A program made the position numbers and the translations under genes. A stretch of DNA of 64,000 nt from Pseudovirgaria hyperparasitica (taxonomy: Eukaryota): NCBI GenBank assembly GCA_010093815.1, contig ML996575.1; one strand, given 5' to 3'. Below the pieces are notes generated by a model that did no database searches, was not told the origin of the DNA, and saw only the letters and a list, made by a program, of their open reading frames with translations. Of the stretch, positions 51,439 to 64,000 are shown piece after piece; position 1 is the first letter of the stretch; each line of letters opens with the position of its first letter.

Positions 51439-52338
51439 GTTGCCGATTGTAGATGTCGAACAACAAGCTATGCTAGATCTTCGGATGGTGATTGGGTGAA
51501 CCTTGCAAGCTTGACTGGGATAGTAGAGAGGTGTTGGTCGCAAGGCACTGTAATGCTGTATAGCCGTCCTTGAGTCCTTGGCGGAGGGTTTACTACGTAT
51601 AATTTCTGTCAAAGACCACAATGGTCGTCTCAATCGTTGTGCCACAGTTCTCTGAAGTCTTTGGACTTCAATGATATACCAGTGAGACAGGTGACGTCGT
51701 AACGGCCATGTTTGAACCGTGATGTCTGCTGACTAACCATATGCGGGGGTGAAGGTCGTTGCCCAGGCAAGCAAAGAAGGTGTCTGTGCTTCTCTCCAAT
51801 AATGCCCTTATGGTAGATTGGGTATGATCTTCACACGAATATAGAGCTCCCGTGATTCGTGTCCTTAATTAGCTTGACAAACGGAATCCTCCTTACCAAT
51901 GACTCCTCCGAGGCACAGCACAGGTAGATCACGAACCTACGACGAAATGCTCCCGAGGCGTAACGGTCTGCATATAGTCGGACTTAACAGGATGTTAACC
52001 GAGCCGATACAATAAGTGCCACTATAACAGTCCACATAACATAGACTGTCAGGTGTCACGGCTTAAAAAGTAAGTCTGGAACATGAGAAGAAAAGAGCTT
52101 CCCGCTGTCATATCTTTCTTATACCTCCTTGACATGTCTTCCCAGACTCTAGATAGTGTATAATAGACGGACACAAACATATCTTATCTTGTACAACAAG
52201 TATAAAGACACCGCTGAGAAAATCTACCACCCTCTACTCTGCTGTAAGTTCCAAATCTGAGATGTCTGCCTCCCCTCCTTTTGCACTCTACTACCTACGC
52301 GCATTTACACCAGCGGCGGCATTGTGATTCGACACCAA

Positions 52339-55300
52339 CTAGTCACTATCGCTGTCGCCGTTCCTGGGCCCTTCTCTTTCTCTTTCCCTGGAGTTATCCC
52401 TATCCCTTGCCCTCGGCCTGGGCCTGGATCTGGAGCGGCTGACTACCCGTCGTTGCGACCTCCTGTCCGAGCTTTCAGAGCTATATCCGCGACGTCTCCT
52501 CTTCTGCCATCCATCTCTCCAGCTAGAGCCTCCATCTGCCGGCCTTCCAGACCCAAACAAACCCCGTCTCCTCCGAATACCGCTATCCTTCCTCTCATCT
52601 GCCCCGGACGAAATCAGATCCGCATCCAACCCAAACCCCTCAACCGCTCCACCCCCAACCCCACCACTGCTCTCCCCTCTCACGCCCCGGACCCCAGCCC
52701 ACATCCCCTTGAGCCCATCCCACGTATTCGTAATCTCGCCCGCCCAAAGCAGCGAAATCAGGATAATCACCACCGTCAACGGCACGCCCGCCGCCCAAAA
52801 CACCCATTGACTCAGCTCCATGTCGCGCACGTCCGTCGTATTCATGCCCAGAAAGCCCGCCACAAACGACAAGGGCAGGAAGATGATGGTCACGATGGTG
52901 AAGGCGTAGATGGCCGCTTCCTGCCGGTCCTTGTTGCTGTCGATCTGCCGCAGGTTCCAGGCCTCGAGCTCGCTGGCGCGCGCGTCCATCTCGGCGAATT
53001 GGTCCTTGCGGTACTCGACCCAGGCGAGTGCGTCACTGATGATCTGTGCGTCGCGGGAGCCTGGGGTGGAGTTGTAGTGTAGGCCGTGGGTGTTGGGAAA
53101 TGCGCCGGCGTAGCCACGACGTCCGCTGCCGCCGCCGACGCGCTCGGGGCGGGCGCCGAGCATACGGGTTGTGCTTGTAAATGCTTGCAGCAGGTCGGAG
53201 AGGACTTGGCGCTGCTGGTCGAGGGTTTTTGTGATTGCTTCGATTTCTTGTTTTAGCGCGGTCAGCTTGCCTTGGTGTGAGCGCTTTAAGGGGCGGGCCT
53301 GGAGGTCAAATTCCTGTGATGTGTTAGTACGTGCATTGTGATAGACTGGAAAAGTAGTGGTTTACAATCTGCTGGAAATACTCCTCGTAGGTGGCGGAAA
53401 GGTCGGGGTGTTCACGGGTTATGTCCATGGTGAGATTGCGGACGAGCATGGACATGATGGTATCAGGTCCGGCTATGGCTTTGGATGAGAGGGATGCGCC
53501 AGCGAGCGACTTCAGGAGTTTGACCCAGCCGCGCTTCAGCATAGACTGGCTTTTGTCTAGGTGTGACTTGGCTCTGCGTATGGTACTTCTTGTCCCGTCC
53601 GCTTGTACCACACTCAAGTACATGATTATATGAAGGAAGGCTCGTTCGAACTCCTCTGGCATATTGATAGAGGTGGAAATCCCATCAATCAGCTGGGCAT
53701 TGATGTACTGCATGAGTTGGACGATTGCACGAAGCTCCGTGTCGGAGCCTGAGATCTGGTTGCGACGATGCTATGTCCGTCAGTAACGCAAAGAGATACC
53801 ATCTAGGAATATTGGCCTACATTTATAGAGTACCATACACCACCCCAGTACTTCCTCGAGAGGATGGAATCTACTTTTTGCGGTAGGAAGAAGTCGTAAA
53901 TCACCTTCGCAGAGTGCATGTACCATGCTATACCGTTATCTTCATCTCTGAGTTTCAGTGCGCTGTAGTATGTTTCAGAAATGCTATCCCAGGAAAGTTC
54001 AGTAGCTTTTTGATAGACATTTTTCTCATAAGCGCTCGTTGCACTGAGGAGGTACGCATGGACTTCGAGCATAGCGGTTTCGATTTTGCTGATGAATTTC
54101 TTGGTCGTCTCCTTAAGTGGCTGTCCGAGAGTCGAAGTAGTTATATCTCCTCTGTTGTTATCTGAGACAACGCTCACCCCTCGGTCGCCAACTGCCCATG
54201 AAAAGACCTGGAACTGCTGTGCAGCATGAGCTGTCTTGTCCTCCTTCGAGGTGGTGTCCTTTAGGTCTTGGTTGGAACCGCGTGGAACGACGCCCGCGTC
54301 CGGATACGTATTACCTTCAGGCTCGTCACCACGAGAGATAGAGACAGCTGTGTCCTGTGATGGTGTCTGACTGTCTGTAGTGGCCTTGTTCAAAATATCG
54401 AGATCTGGTAAATGGAGCTCCGAGGTCTCGAGTTGTGCTCTCCAAACATATCCCGTTCCCCTATGTCCTTAGAAAAATCCAAAGCGGTGAATGCCATCAT
54501 AAACTTACTCGAAGGATATTTCAAGGCTCGCATTACTATGTTCCACTGCAGCCAAAGTTTGAGGCCACGTCTTGGCTGTTACCTGCTCGTTGCGAAAGGA
54601 GATCTTGAAGAGACTATCCGCAGTTTCACGGGTCATAGGATCTGTCGATATCATTTCTGACAGGAAGTGAGAAGTAAAAGCCTGATTTTGTGAGCAGGAT
54701 ATCACTGGAAACTTGCTGTGCACTAACCAGCCACGTCTGACTCCTGTCCTTTGGTATCTGCCAACGTGATCCAGCGGAGTCAGCGACAACAATGTGCGAC
54801 ATCTGATCTGAAGGTTTATTCGTGAGCAGAATATTCTGCTTATCAACCGTTCTTTGTGGAATATTTGCAGCTGTAACAACCAAAGCTTCAGGCCATTGTC
54901 AGTCGTCTGCATGCGTCAACTGTGAGATCAACTCACAATTGTTCAACACAAGGATCCAAAACTCTGCAACATGAAAGCATTGGCCCTTTGGAGTGCTCGG
55001 AATCTGACAAACTGCTTGCTGCAAGTCTCGCTCTCTCCTCGCAGAGCCGTGCAGGAACTGCATCAAAGTCCGTGGTGGATGCAATGGCGATCTCTCCGGG
55101 AGTTCGATGGCTGTGTAGGGTTTCAATAGGAAATAAGGCAGAGCAATACAGGTTACGATCTGGTCAGGATCTAACCGCCCATCGGATTTCACGTTACTGA
55201 GATTGCACTCCCGGAGAAGGGTTGGTACCATATAGCGACCTCGATTTCCTTGAGTTGTGCGAAGGGGCTTCTCTGCTTGTCTGCGTATACGTTTGAGAAC

Positions 55301-56672
55301 TTTTGCCATGGTATGTTTGTCCCTGGAGGACATCTCAGGAGCACCGCATGCAGCATCCTAGGAGAAATCAGTGGCAAAATTCCGACTGTTTTCATTGCGT
55401 ACTTACCATGAACGCGTCAAAGTCCATGTATGTGCCTTCGAGGTGGCTATGTTATGTCAGCAAAATCTTCGTCAAGGGGTGGGAAATCAAGTCTGGTGTA
55501 TCTGAAGGAGAAACAAGCGAGTGAGACGAGATCTAGCGTCGTGCCTCAGAACCAATAGGGATAGGATGACAGTACTATAAGCATTGAAGAACCGCCACCT
55601 AGGGCCATGACAAACATGCTTAGATGCGAGACAAAACTTACATCCAACGGTAGAGAGGCTCATTTTGTAGTGAGGGTCTTCTTGCAGTCTCCGGCCTCGT
55701 GGTCAAAGCCACAGTGAGTTCTCCACTGTCCTCACTGGAGTCTGTGAATGAGGAATATATGACTTCTTTGTTTGTGATATTCATTCGATCCAAGGGGTCT
55801 GCAACAGGCCTATCGACGCCAGGTCTAGAAGTCGCATCAAACCCGTCTACTTCTTTCTCTTGATCCCTTTGACCCAGCTGACCTTGGAGCCTGAAGTCAT
55901 TGAAGCTCGAAGCGTCTTCATCCGAGTCTGAGAAGTACACTTGTCGACGTCGGCTGTCACGACGGCGCTGCACTTCGATGGTTTCTGGTTCTTCGACACG
56001 GACTGGGGCGTCTACATCAGATCCATTGACGCTTGCACCAGCGGGAAGATCGATACGCTCGGAGTAAGGCTGCGTTTTTCCTGGTTCTGCGCCCGCGTAT
56101 GGGCTATCTGATGCGGGCGCACTGTGTGGTCGTTCCAGATCCTCTGACCCTTGCCCTGGAGTAGGGCGACTTGCTGGTCCATCATCGTCCGTCCTTCTAC
56201 GATCAGGCCTACTTCGTTGACGATATACCTGATCCGGTTCATCCCAGGCAGGTCTAACCCTCCGCGTAATGGGACTTTCTCGAATAGATAGGTCGTCGTC
56301 ATATCTGCGAAGTGGAGAATCTCCCTCGTCCCATGTCCCTGGACGTAGCACTCTTTGTATAGTGGGCCTCTCTCGGGTGAGTGAAACATCATATTCATAC
56401 TTATGATTCCCTCCTGACCGGTGCTGCGGTCGACATGTCTCGATTGTAATCTTCGTTTCGTCGCCTTGTGTGTTGACCCACATATTGGCCGCAGAGCGGT
56501 TCCCACGCCGACCATCCACGCCATACTCGTCATATCCATAGCCAGACTGGCGGACCATGGGTGGCGGGGGTGGCGGAGGTACGTAGCGAGCCTGATTTCG
56601 ATCACCAATGCCTATATGTCGACGATTGGGGTATGAATCGTTTGCATCGTCGGCAGCCCGAGATCGTGCCAT
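52339..56672 (-). CDS. Large fungal protein with a C-terminal CorA/ZntB-like two-TM GMN module, ~7 exons (structure approximate)
   Basis: AIYAFTIVTIIFLPLSFVAGFLGMNTTDVRD...FWAAGVPLT; upstream exons LYRW|xHLEGTYMDFDAF, LPYFLL...HPPRTLMQ...ERDLQQAVC, FHVAEFWILV, KYWGGV, linked by GT-AG introns. Confidence 0.75.
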
Positions 56673-57583
56673 GTGAAAAGGTGGCATAATAAGTAACCTC
56701 TTATTTGACTCTTTCACAATCGTTTCCCGGATGTGCTGTGGCAGGTGATTTTGTTGTTGCGAACGTGACGCGTTAATTACGGAAGCTGAGCTGAAGAGAG
56801 CTCAGCTGTCAGCATCACCATTCTTCTTCAAGCGTGTTTTATGGGTTTCAGGTGACTAGAACTCGACTCTGAACAAATTCAAATCGGCGACCAAGTAGGT
56901 AGGATAGATTATAGCGAGTCTACTTTCATGTGATCTAGCATACTTTGTCTCTTCAACTTAGATGCGGTACGACGTTCCACTTTCATTGTTACAAACGTGC
57001 GACTCGCGTGCTTAGGTCGTGACCACTCCGAGACCACGCTAAGGAGGTAATGCCTAGCTAGCGACGATCCTAAACAACACAAGCGTGGGGGCTGATTATT
57101 CTATACCCTCAATACTCCGAAGAAGTAGACAGTCTCTTCGTTTTCAGATGGCATATTTCGTCAGAGGTGTTACTACCAGTGGCCGTGAGTGAGAAGACTA
57201 TAGGTTGTTTATGCTGTAATCATTTGCTAAGCTTCGCAGGGAGATCCTTGCATGTAACGATGCGTCTAGTGTACAAGGAATGGCATGGATTCCGTAGAAG
57301 AGTTGCATGCCGAATGCTCAACCAGCATATCAGAGCACACTATCAAGTCCGTCTGACCGTCAGTGAACAGACAGATTCTCGCGACAGCGATATTATGAAT
57401 GCTAGAAACAAAGGAAAAAGCGAAATTGCCAAAGAGCGATGACTTATGCGCGCGATATGAATCGACCCAGAACCGACCCAAGATTTGAGCGCAATACGCG
57501 TTCTACGGCGCCTGACTCCACGCTCTATGATTATGCAGATGGTCAAAGAGATTCGTTACAGATGCGATGATGGGGTTGTGCGA

Positions 57584-59694
57584 TCATATAGACGTAATCC
57601 TACCGTGTTGAGATGGTGTTGGTTTCCCACGCAGGGTAATGACGGATTCTAGTTCTTTGAGCATGTTGGTGTTTGCTTCTCTCTGCTCACGCAGACTTTG
57701 TTGACGTGTACGATCATCTTGGAGCTTCGCCTTCCGTTCTTCCATGGTCATTCGTGGGCGCTGTCGCGGTATCGCTATGGCCTCGAAGACCTCCTCATCT
57801 GAATTGCTCCCGTTCAAACTGGAGCGTCCAGATGTAGAAGATCTGTCACCATTCAGAGCTCTCAGAGCATCACTCGCGTCACCTTCTTCGACAGCAGTAA
57901 GACCACTGAGACTGGTAGCAGGAGAGCGAATGTCTACAGAAGCTTGTGAGATACGCCTCTCTTGTCGGTCGATGTTTGCAGCCAGAGCTGCTTTACCTGT
58001 CTCCCAGGCTTGTATTAGAGCTTTGAGGTCTGAGCCAATAGAGTCGTACTGAGACATTAAACTGGCTCCTAGCTCAGTAACGTCATCAGATTCTTCCAAC
58101 GTTCTGTTGGATTCTTCTCGAAGAATTTGCATTTTAGCTTGCAATCCACGGATACCCTGGGATAGTGCTCCAAGCTTGCGAAGTTGACCTCGGACACGCT
58201 CTTTACCTGGGGCTTGAATGTTCGGCTTTGGTGAGGCAACTGTAAATTCTGTGCTTGTTTAGCTAAGTGATTAAATTTGCGTGGCGAAATGAACATACGT
58301 TCTTCCTCGCTCAGTATAACATTAATTTTTCGGCTCCAATCTCCTGAGATGATTGCTAGACTTTCCATCGCTTGAATGGCGAGACGCCATCGAGGAAAGT
58401 CAGACTTCCCTCCATCAGCTTCAAGAGCCAGAAGTGAACAGAGGAAGAGTCTTCGTAGGATATCTAGACGATACTGACATACTCGCAGTGCACGTAAGCT
58501 ATCTGCGTCCTCAAATTCAAACTCTGAGGATCCCACAGAAGCTTCTTTGACGTCTGTGAGCGACAACTCATACATGTCCAAGTACTTCTCGAGATCATCT
58601 GGGGCAACGAGACTGCGAACTACTTGACACTGTTCGATGAAAAGCGGTATGACGGCGACGAAAGCATTTCGGGCGCTCCGACGCAGTCTATGACATCGTC
58701 GGCTTTGTCCCTTTTCTTCGAGCCTGGTTATAGGAGGCAAAGGGCTGCTTCTGTTCCAAGTCAGCGATTCGCTCTCACTAGTGGGCTACAAGCGACGCAC
58801 ATGCGGTAGCCTCTAGAGATCAGCTCCACTTCTTGGATAAAGGTCAGGGTAGTCGATGTAGATCCATCCAGGGCATGTAAGTTGGTAATGAGTGCAGTGA
58901 CCGCATCTACTGCTTGGTGTCGGAGGTTCCGCAGCCACTGTCGCCTGATGTAGACGTAGGCTACTGCTATCGCTAGGGAAAATGCTGCCAATGCGACTAC
59001 GAGGCGCCCCTTATTGGCAAATGCGCCAGGCCTTGTGCCTTTTGCCCAGTGGATTATCCATACCAGGACGAAGGCCGCCACCCCAGAAGCCACTGCTCCT
59101 CTCAAGGATATCGATACGGTCTTGTAGTTGGAGCGGGATGCCAAAGCATCATCGGCGAATCGGGGTTTCAGCGCTCCATTTGTGGTATGTTCGCTCAACA
59201 AATGAGAGGCTACGAGGATATAGCGGAAATGTTCCAAGAAGCGCTCGTTGTCTGCACGTCCCAGCCTAGAATTGACTGCACGCTGATTACATGAGACGGA
59301 TTAGCAATCGTCAGCCGCAACAAGGTGATGCAGCTAACATACCGAGCATGCACTATGTATCTTTGCCACAGGACTTTTGGTTGTGCTGGGTATCGTGAGT
59401 GGTTGTGGGAGTTTGTTGCGTAAGCGAGCGTGTAGGGTGGATGGACCTCGAGGCGCAAAGGCTATAGAGATTGGTGAAGCATTTCCTGACGGGGGATCCC
59501 TTTGCGCATCCACCCAGTCTGGTTCAGCGCTGCCCTCGCCTGGTGTTGTAGGTTAGCGTGAAGTTCCACTAATCGTGTGGTGTGTAACAAAGGACAGGTA
59601 TCGTCCTATGCGGGCGCGAGACGTCGCTTAGATAGAGCATCGTACCTTCGAGAAGTTCTGCGAGTGGCGAATCTTGATATATCACGCTCTCCAT
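57584..59694 (-). CDS. vezA: Vezatin-domain protein (VezA-like), ~5 exons
   Basis: MESVIYQDSPLAELLE, FLEHFRYILVASHLL, two TM segments, FIQEVELISRGYR, LPPITRLE, QAKMQILREES, EEVFEAIA. Confidence 0.85.
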
Positions 59695-60249
59695 GAAGAC
59701 ATCCTCATGCGCGCCGGGATAGTCGTGGCGAAACGGCGAAAGGCACAGCGCTGACAATAGTGCTTACAGGTGTCGAACGGAGGTGACGAACTAGAATGTC
59801 GTCGGAGGGTAAGCGTATGGAGTAGGCGATTGAGAATGTTGTGAGCGATGAGCGACGTTTGAATGGTGAGCAAGGGAATGGTGTTGTGGTGATGTGGTGA
59901 TGCATGCGTGGGTGGAGGCTGATGTCTGATGAGTGAAAGCTACCTAAGAATGAGGCTCATTTGGATGCGGGCGTTCTGCAACCTGCATGCAGCTGTGCCG
60001 GAAAATGCAACTAATTCTGCACCGGCTCCATGACTAAATGATGATCTGGCCGAACTAAGCGGGGTCGTGCGCGCCTCGTGGGCTGCGTTTCAGGGGGAAA
60101 CCATCAATCAATTTAGCTGCCAACACCCCTGCCCATCTCTCCGCGATAACAACCTTAAAATCCCATCACGCTGCATATCGCATGTTACCTCCAGCTTGCC
60201 AGGGACGAGCCTTTACACACCGCTCATGGCAAACAACCTGCGACCGTCG

Positions 60250-61080
60250 ATACCGTCTGCGGCCACGTGGGTGGACGGTTTCACCTCCCTCCACCCAAGC
60301 GTCCTGAATGTCTCGTAGATGACTATGCAAAGTCGTCAGACTCATTCAGGGAAGGGCTTCTTGTGTATTTTGGTGTGGATGAATACGGTATTTTATCTAG
60401 CCTTAGCTTTCTTACTAAGGAAGTACTACGGTATCTGGCGCAATGGATATATGGATATGCAAACCTAGCACGGGGGCTCCCTCTAATAGCTTACTCAGCC
60501 TACTTAACACCTACTTCCAAGAAGTCTATCTTTATCTCTAAAGAAGGGTCGCTGTATCCGCATGCAAGTATCATTATTTACGTTTTAGGAGTGAGAATTG
60601 AGCCAAAAACTATATATGTCTATAATCTAGCATAAATACTCGCGTGAACCGCTAGGAGCTACTCCGAGGTATATCTAGCGCTTCTTCTATATAACTAAGT
60701 AATTGGATATATAAGAGTTAATTAGTAATTAGGAACGGCGAAAACGTATCCGATAACTTTTCTATGGTAAATTATTATAAGAGATTTATTATAAGTAGGC
60801 TTATCGGCCATAACTAATATTATGTACGAACCACCGCACGAAAGTTATATTATATATATTTTAATAGTTTGAAAATAACTGCCCCTACACTCAGCCCATA
60901 CTTTAATCCTTACCTAGCCTTAGATCTTAGGTACCTAAAGAAGAATCTTACCCTATAAGTTGGGACTAAGTAAAAGGCTAGGATCTTACCTAATTAAGAG
61001 GTATCACGTCGGATACCTGACATAGTAACATAGAGTTAGCTATGTAATATATATATTGATTATTTTTATACCATGAGGGA
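60250..61080. pseudogene. RIP-like decayed coding/repeat relic
   Basis: ORF 60267-60635 grades into Tyr/Ile/stop-rich, TpA-rich DNA. Identity not recognisable. Confidence 0.45.
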
Positions 61081-61954
61081 GTGTTCCCTAGCGCGCTTCG
61101 CAAACGCCAAACGCCATGTCTTATTCGGCAGCTTCATGTCTCTCGTTAGGGATTATGGGTGGGCGATCCCAAAGACCAGAAACAGGATATCCTCCATTCC
61201 TCTAGATTATTCAACATACAGCCGATCATAATACTTGCTAAACGATCTTTTCCCTACTTATGGGGTCGGGTACTGCTGGCGTTGCGCCTTTGTCCGGGCC
61301 CGGCCATGGATTTCTACGCTATCACACAGTGATATAGCATCGACTCGAGCAGAGTAGTAGGCTCGCACTTTAGGGGGTAATTTCTGCGTCAGCGCCTGGC
61401 AGGCTGCAATTATGGCCATCTGTCATAGTGATTCTGGGGAATGTGGCGAAGCGCCACAGTTCTCCAATATCAAGTTCCTCAAAGCAGGGCAAATGCAAAC
61501 AAAATGTAAGACATCTTGTGTCAAATGCAATATAAAATGATCCTCAGCCCAGTGAATATTGCTTTATTCTTTCCCCAACCAACACAAAAGAAACCACCCA
61601 GAGCTATCTTAACAAGCTTCAAGGCCCAAATGTAAGCTTTGAGACCAAACTGCATACCTCATTTGAGATAACAAAGCAAGGTGCACCATGATTACCACCA
61701 TCGTTGCTTGGTACGATGACGAGGGCCATAGACGAACGCGAACGGAGATAACGAGAAACGACTGCGGGGTGAGCACTTGTCCCATGTCCGACACCAATCC
61801 GAATAATAGGACGGTACTACAAATGCATACACAGCATTATTGCGCGGATGCAATGACGCAGCTGTTCGAAACCACACAGCGGGGACGCCAGGAGGATGAC
61901 GAGATCGTATCAGGATTGGACTAAGACCAATGTAATTTGCACACGGTTGGGCGA

Positions 61955-62785
61955 TTAGTCCGAATGTCTCTTTTTATTCTCTTCTCGAATCCATGCTTCG
62001 ATCTTGCCTATAGCAATAAGGTCATGCTGCTGCGCAGACGTAGTATAATCTTCATCAATCCAGCCAGGCGTGCCTGCTGAAATAAGATTTTCGCCAAACC
62101 TTTTACATGACCCAAAGTCAAGTATGATGGGATTATCTTCAGTATCCAGGGCAATGTTGGTAGGATTAAGGTCGTTGTGCGCGAGTCCTAGGGAATGGAG
62201 GTGCTCAATCCCAGCGCGTAGGCCGTCCATACAAACTGCAATATCCAGATCACGCGGGTCATCTTGAAATCGATACTGCAACATAACATCGTATTTTTCG
62301 AGAGCAAGTCCAGTAATACGCCCACGCTTGACGGTACAGCCATGGTATTTAATAATGTTCGGGTGACGATGTTGGTCTTTCCCAAGGAACTCAAGTATCT
62401 CGGCTTCTTCGAGAAGCATGCGAGGGATGAGCTTCAGCGTGTACTCATTCCCTGCACACGAGACTTTGGGTCGTTTGATATAATAGTTTTGCCGCTCAAG
62501 TTCATCCGACGCGACGATAGATATCCTTTCGTCATAAAGCGGATAGATCTTCTCATCGGGAATCTTTCGCAGCTCGCGTTGCAGAATTTCCACCGTCAAG
62601 TAGTATTTTCGAACTCCCGGTAACTCACCATACCAGACGGTACCATCTTTTTCGATATAGGAAAAGAACGAGCGGAGGAATTTCCCGGTTTCATAGTCCT
62701 CGATTTCGCCGCGAGTCGTCAAATCTCTCACGGAGCGAATCTCTGGATGTGTTGATAAGTTAAACTCAACCTCATGGACAGCCAT
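61955..62785 (-). CDS. Minimal protein-kinase-like protein, single exon
   Basis: YIKRP (beta3 Lys), EAEILE, HPNIIKYHG, HNDLNPTNI, DFGS, GTPGW; C-lobe very short. Confidence 0.85.
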   Translation of the reverse strand: MAVHEVEFNLSTHPEIRSVRDLTTRGEIEDYETGKFLRSFFSYIEKDGTVWYGELPGVRKYYLTVEILQRELRKIPDEKIYPLYDERISIVASDELERQNYYIKRPKVSCAGNEYTLKLIPRMLLEEAEILEFLGKDQHRHPNIIKYHGCTVKRGRITGLALEKYDVMLQYRFQDDPRDLDIAVCMDGLRAGIEHLHSLGLAHNDLNPTNIALDTEDNPIILDFGSCKRFGENLISAGTPGWIDEDYTTSAQQHDLIAIGKIEAWIREENKKRHSD

Positions 62786-62888
62786 GTCAGAGTCTGATAT
62801 GATTGCTACGTGTGACCTCTTGGTTGTAGGTGTATAAAGTGCCGGACAGATTGTGCAAAGAATGAATGTTTACGGCTGGAACATTCCT

Positions 62889-62946
62889 ACGTGTAGTGTG
62901 CTCCACTAATGACCCACTCCACGTGACCCACTCCACTAGTGACCCA
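62889..62946. mobile_element. Putative solitary DNA-transposon end with three internal direct repeats (CTCCAC..TGACCCA)
   Basis: ACGTgtagtgtg followed by ctccactaatgaccca, ctccacgtgaccca and ctccactagtgaccca, then ~170 nt of TA-rich DNA. No partner TIR seen. Confidence 0.4.
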
Positions 62947-63275
62947 TGTGATTAATTTGGGACTTTACGGGGTGTATAATTGATTAGTGAGTAGTTCTTA
63001 GGTATTTAGTTTGAATTATCTAATAGTGGTAAAAAAGAAAAAGCATATGTAGATTAATACTTAGAGAAGATGATCCAGTCGGTACTTTCGTTATGTTTAT
63101 ATAACTCTAGAGTGCTACTAATAGAGCGGGCAGTAGCTTGCGGGGGCCTGAGGCATCCATCGATGGAGAGAACGCCTGAAATAGGCCACAGATTGCTTGA
63201 AAACCCCAATTTCTGTCCGTGCCGAACGTTAGCGCTCATCGACGTTGATATATATGTTTGGAAATTTCTCTCAGT

Positions 63276-64000
63276 ATGGAATGGGACGAACGAGCAGAGC
63301 ATGCCAATGTCATGGCATCCGATGAGTGGTTCACCAAATTCCGGATACGACGAGGCCCGCCTATTGCCAATTGGGTCTCTTCTTTCCGCAGCGACCATCC
63401 AAGTGAGGTTGTTGAAGATCTTTGTGGTTCCTTCAATTGGAGCTGTCGCGTACGCTTCGAAGACAGCGTAGAGTGGCTAGTTCGTTTCGCCGTGCCTGGA
63501 AGAGTTATGGACGGAGACGAGAAGCTACGTCGTGAAGTCTCAGTGATGCACTTGCTTAGAGAAAAAACAAAGATCCCGGTGCCTAAGGTTCATGCTTGGG
63601 GTCTGTCAAAAGACAATGCTCTAGGGTTAGGGCCCTTCATCATAATGGAGTACATTCCGGGCGGCGAATCCCTCGGTCATCTTTGGCGAGAATCAAATGA
63701 GAAGCGGATATTAAGATCCGATATCAGCGAACGGGACCTGCGCACCGTGTATCGCCAGATAGCGGGCTTCTATCTCGAGCTTTCGAAATTAGAGTTTCCA
63801 AATGTTGGGTCTCTATCTATGAAGGACGATGAAAGCATTCAGGCGGACTTGGGGCCGCTAACGCTTAAGATGCAAGAAATAGAGGCACATGGAGGAGTCA
63901 AAGTTGGAGGTATGTAGAGTTGAGTTTCTTACTGATTTAAATGCTATCCTAAACCTGATAAGGCAACCGCTCGACAACATTCCCATCCGCGAGAGATTAC
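63276..64000 (+). CDS. APH/phosphotransferase-family protein, 3' partial; intron ~63910-63962
   Basis: GSFNWSCRVRFEDSVEWLVRFAVPG...EKLRREVSVM...TKIPVPKVHAWG...LGLGPFIIMEYI...YRQIAGFYLELSKLEFPNVGSL. Confidence 0.85.

Noticed and set aside
61145..61380. Telomere-like TTAGGG words
   Set aside because: Isolated single copies, not a tandem array.

Overview
Intron-containing DNA from a filamentous ascomycete (Pezizomycotina; Dothideomycete-like by inference). It carries about 23 protein-coding genes, mostly housekeeping: NUP-family (5' partial), CCT4, RPT1, SDH1, RPL3, PP2A-B55 (CDC55), YEA4-like UDP-GlcNAc transporter, eIF4A, F-box/JmjC, TVP38, CCCH-SMR, GNAT, an L-arabinitol/polyol dehydrogenase, an IQM-like protein, a giant LEA/DUF3659 repeat protein, THI5/NMT1, BUB2, an MBOAT_2 acyltransferase, GLY1, a DPP5-like peptidase, a CorA-like protein and vezatin. 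The last 4 kb look accessory, with RIP-like TA-rich relics, a minimal kinase, a transposon-end-like repeat and an APH phosphotransferase (3' partial). The clearest non-coding element is a TPP riboswitch in the THI5 5'-UTR intron. It has a ~110-nt P3, an atypical J4/5, two anti-aptamer segments and a splice/uORF layout that seems to differ from the Neurospora NMT1 model. The window also shows many strand-symmetric C/A-rich to G/T-rich composition switches that cross gene boundaries and are unexplained. Exon boundaries were read by eye and are approximate. Family assignments are by motif recognition, with no database searches.
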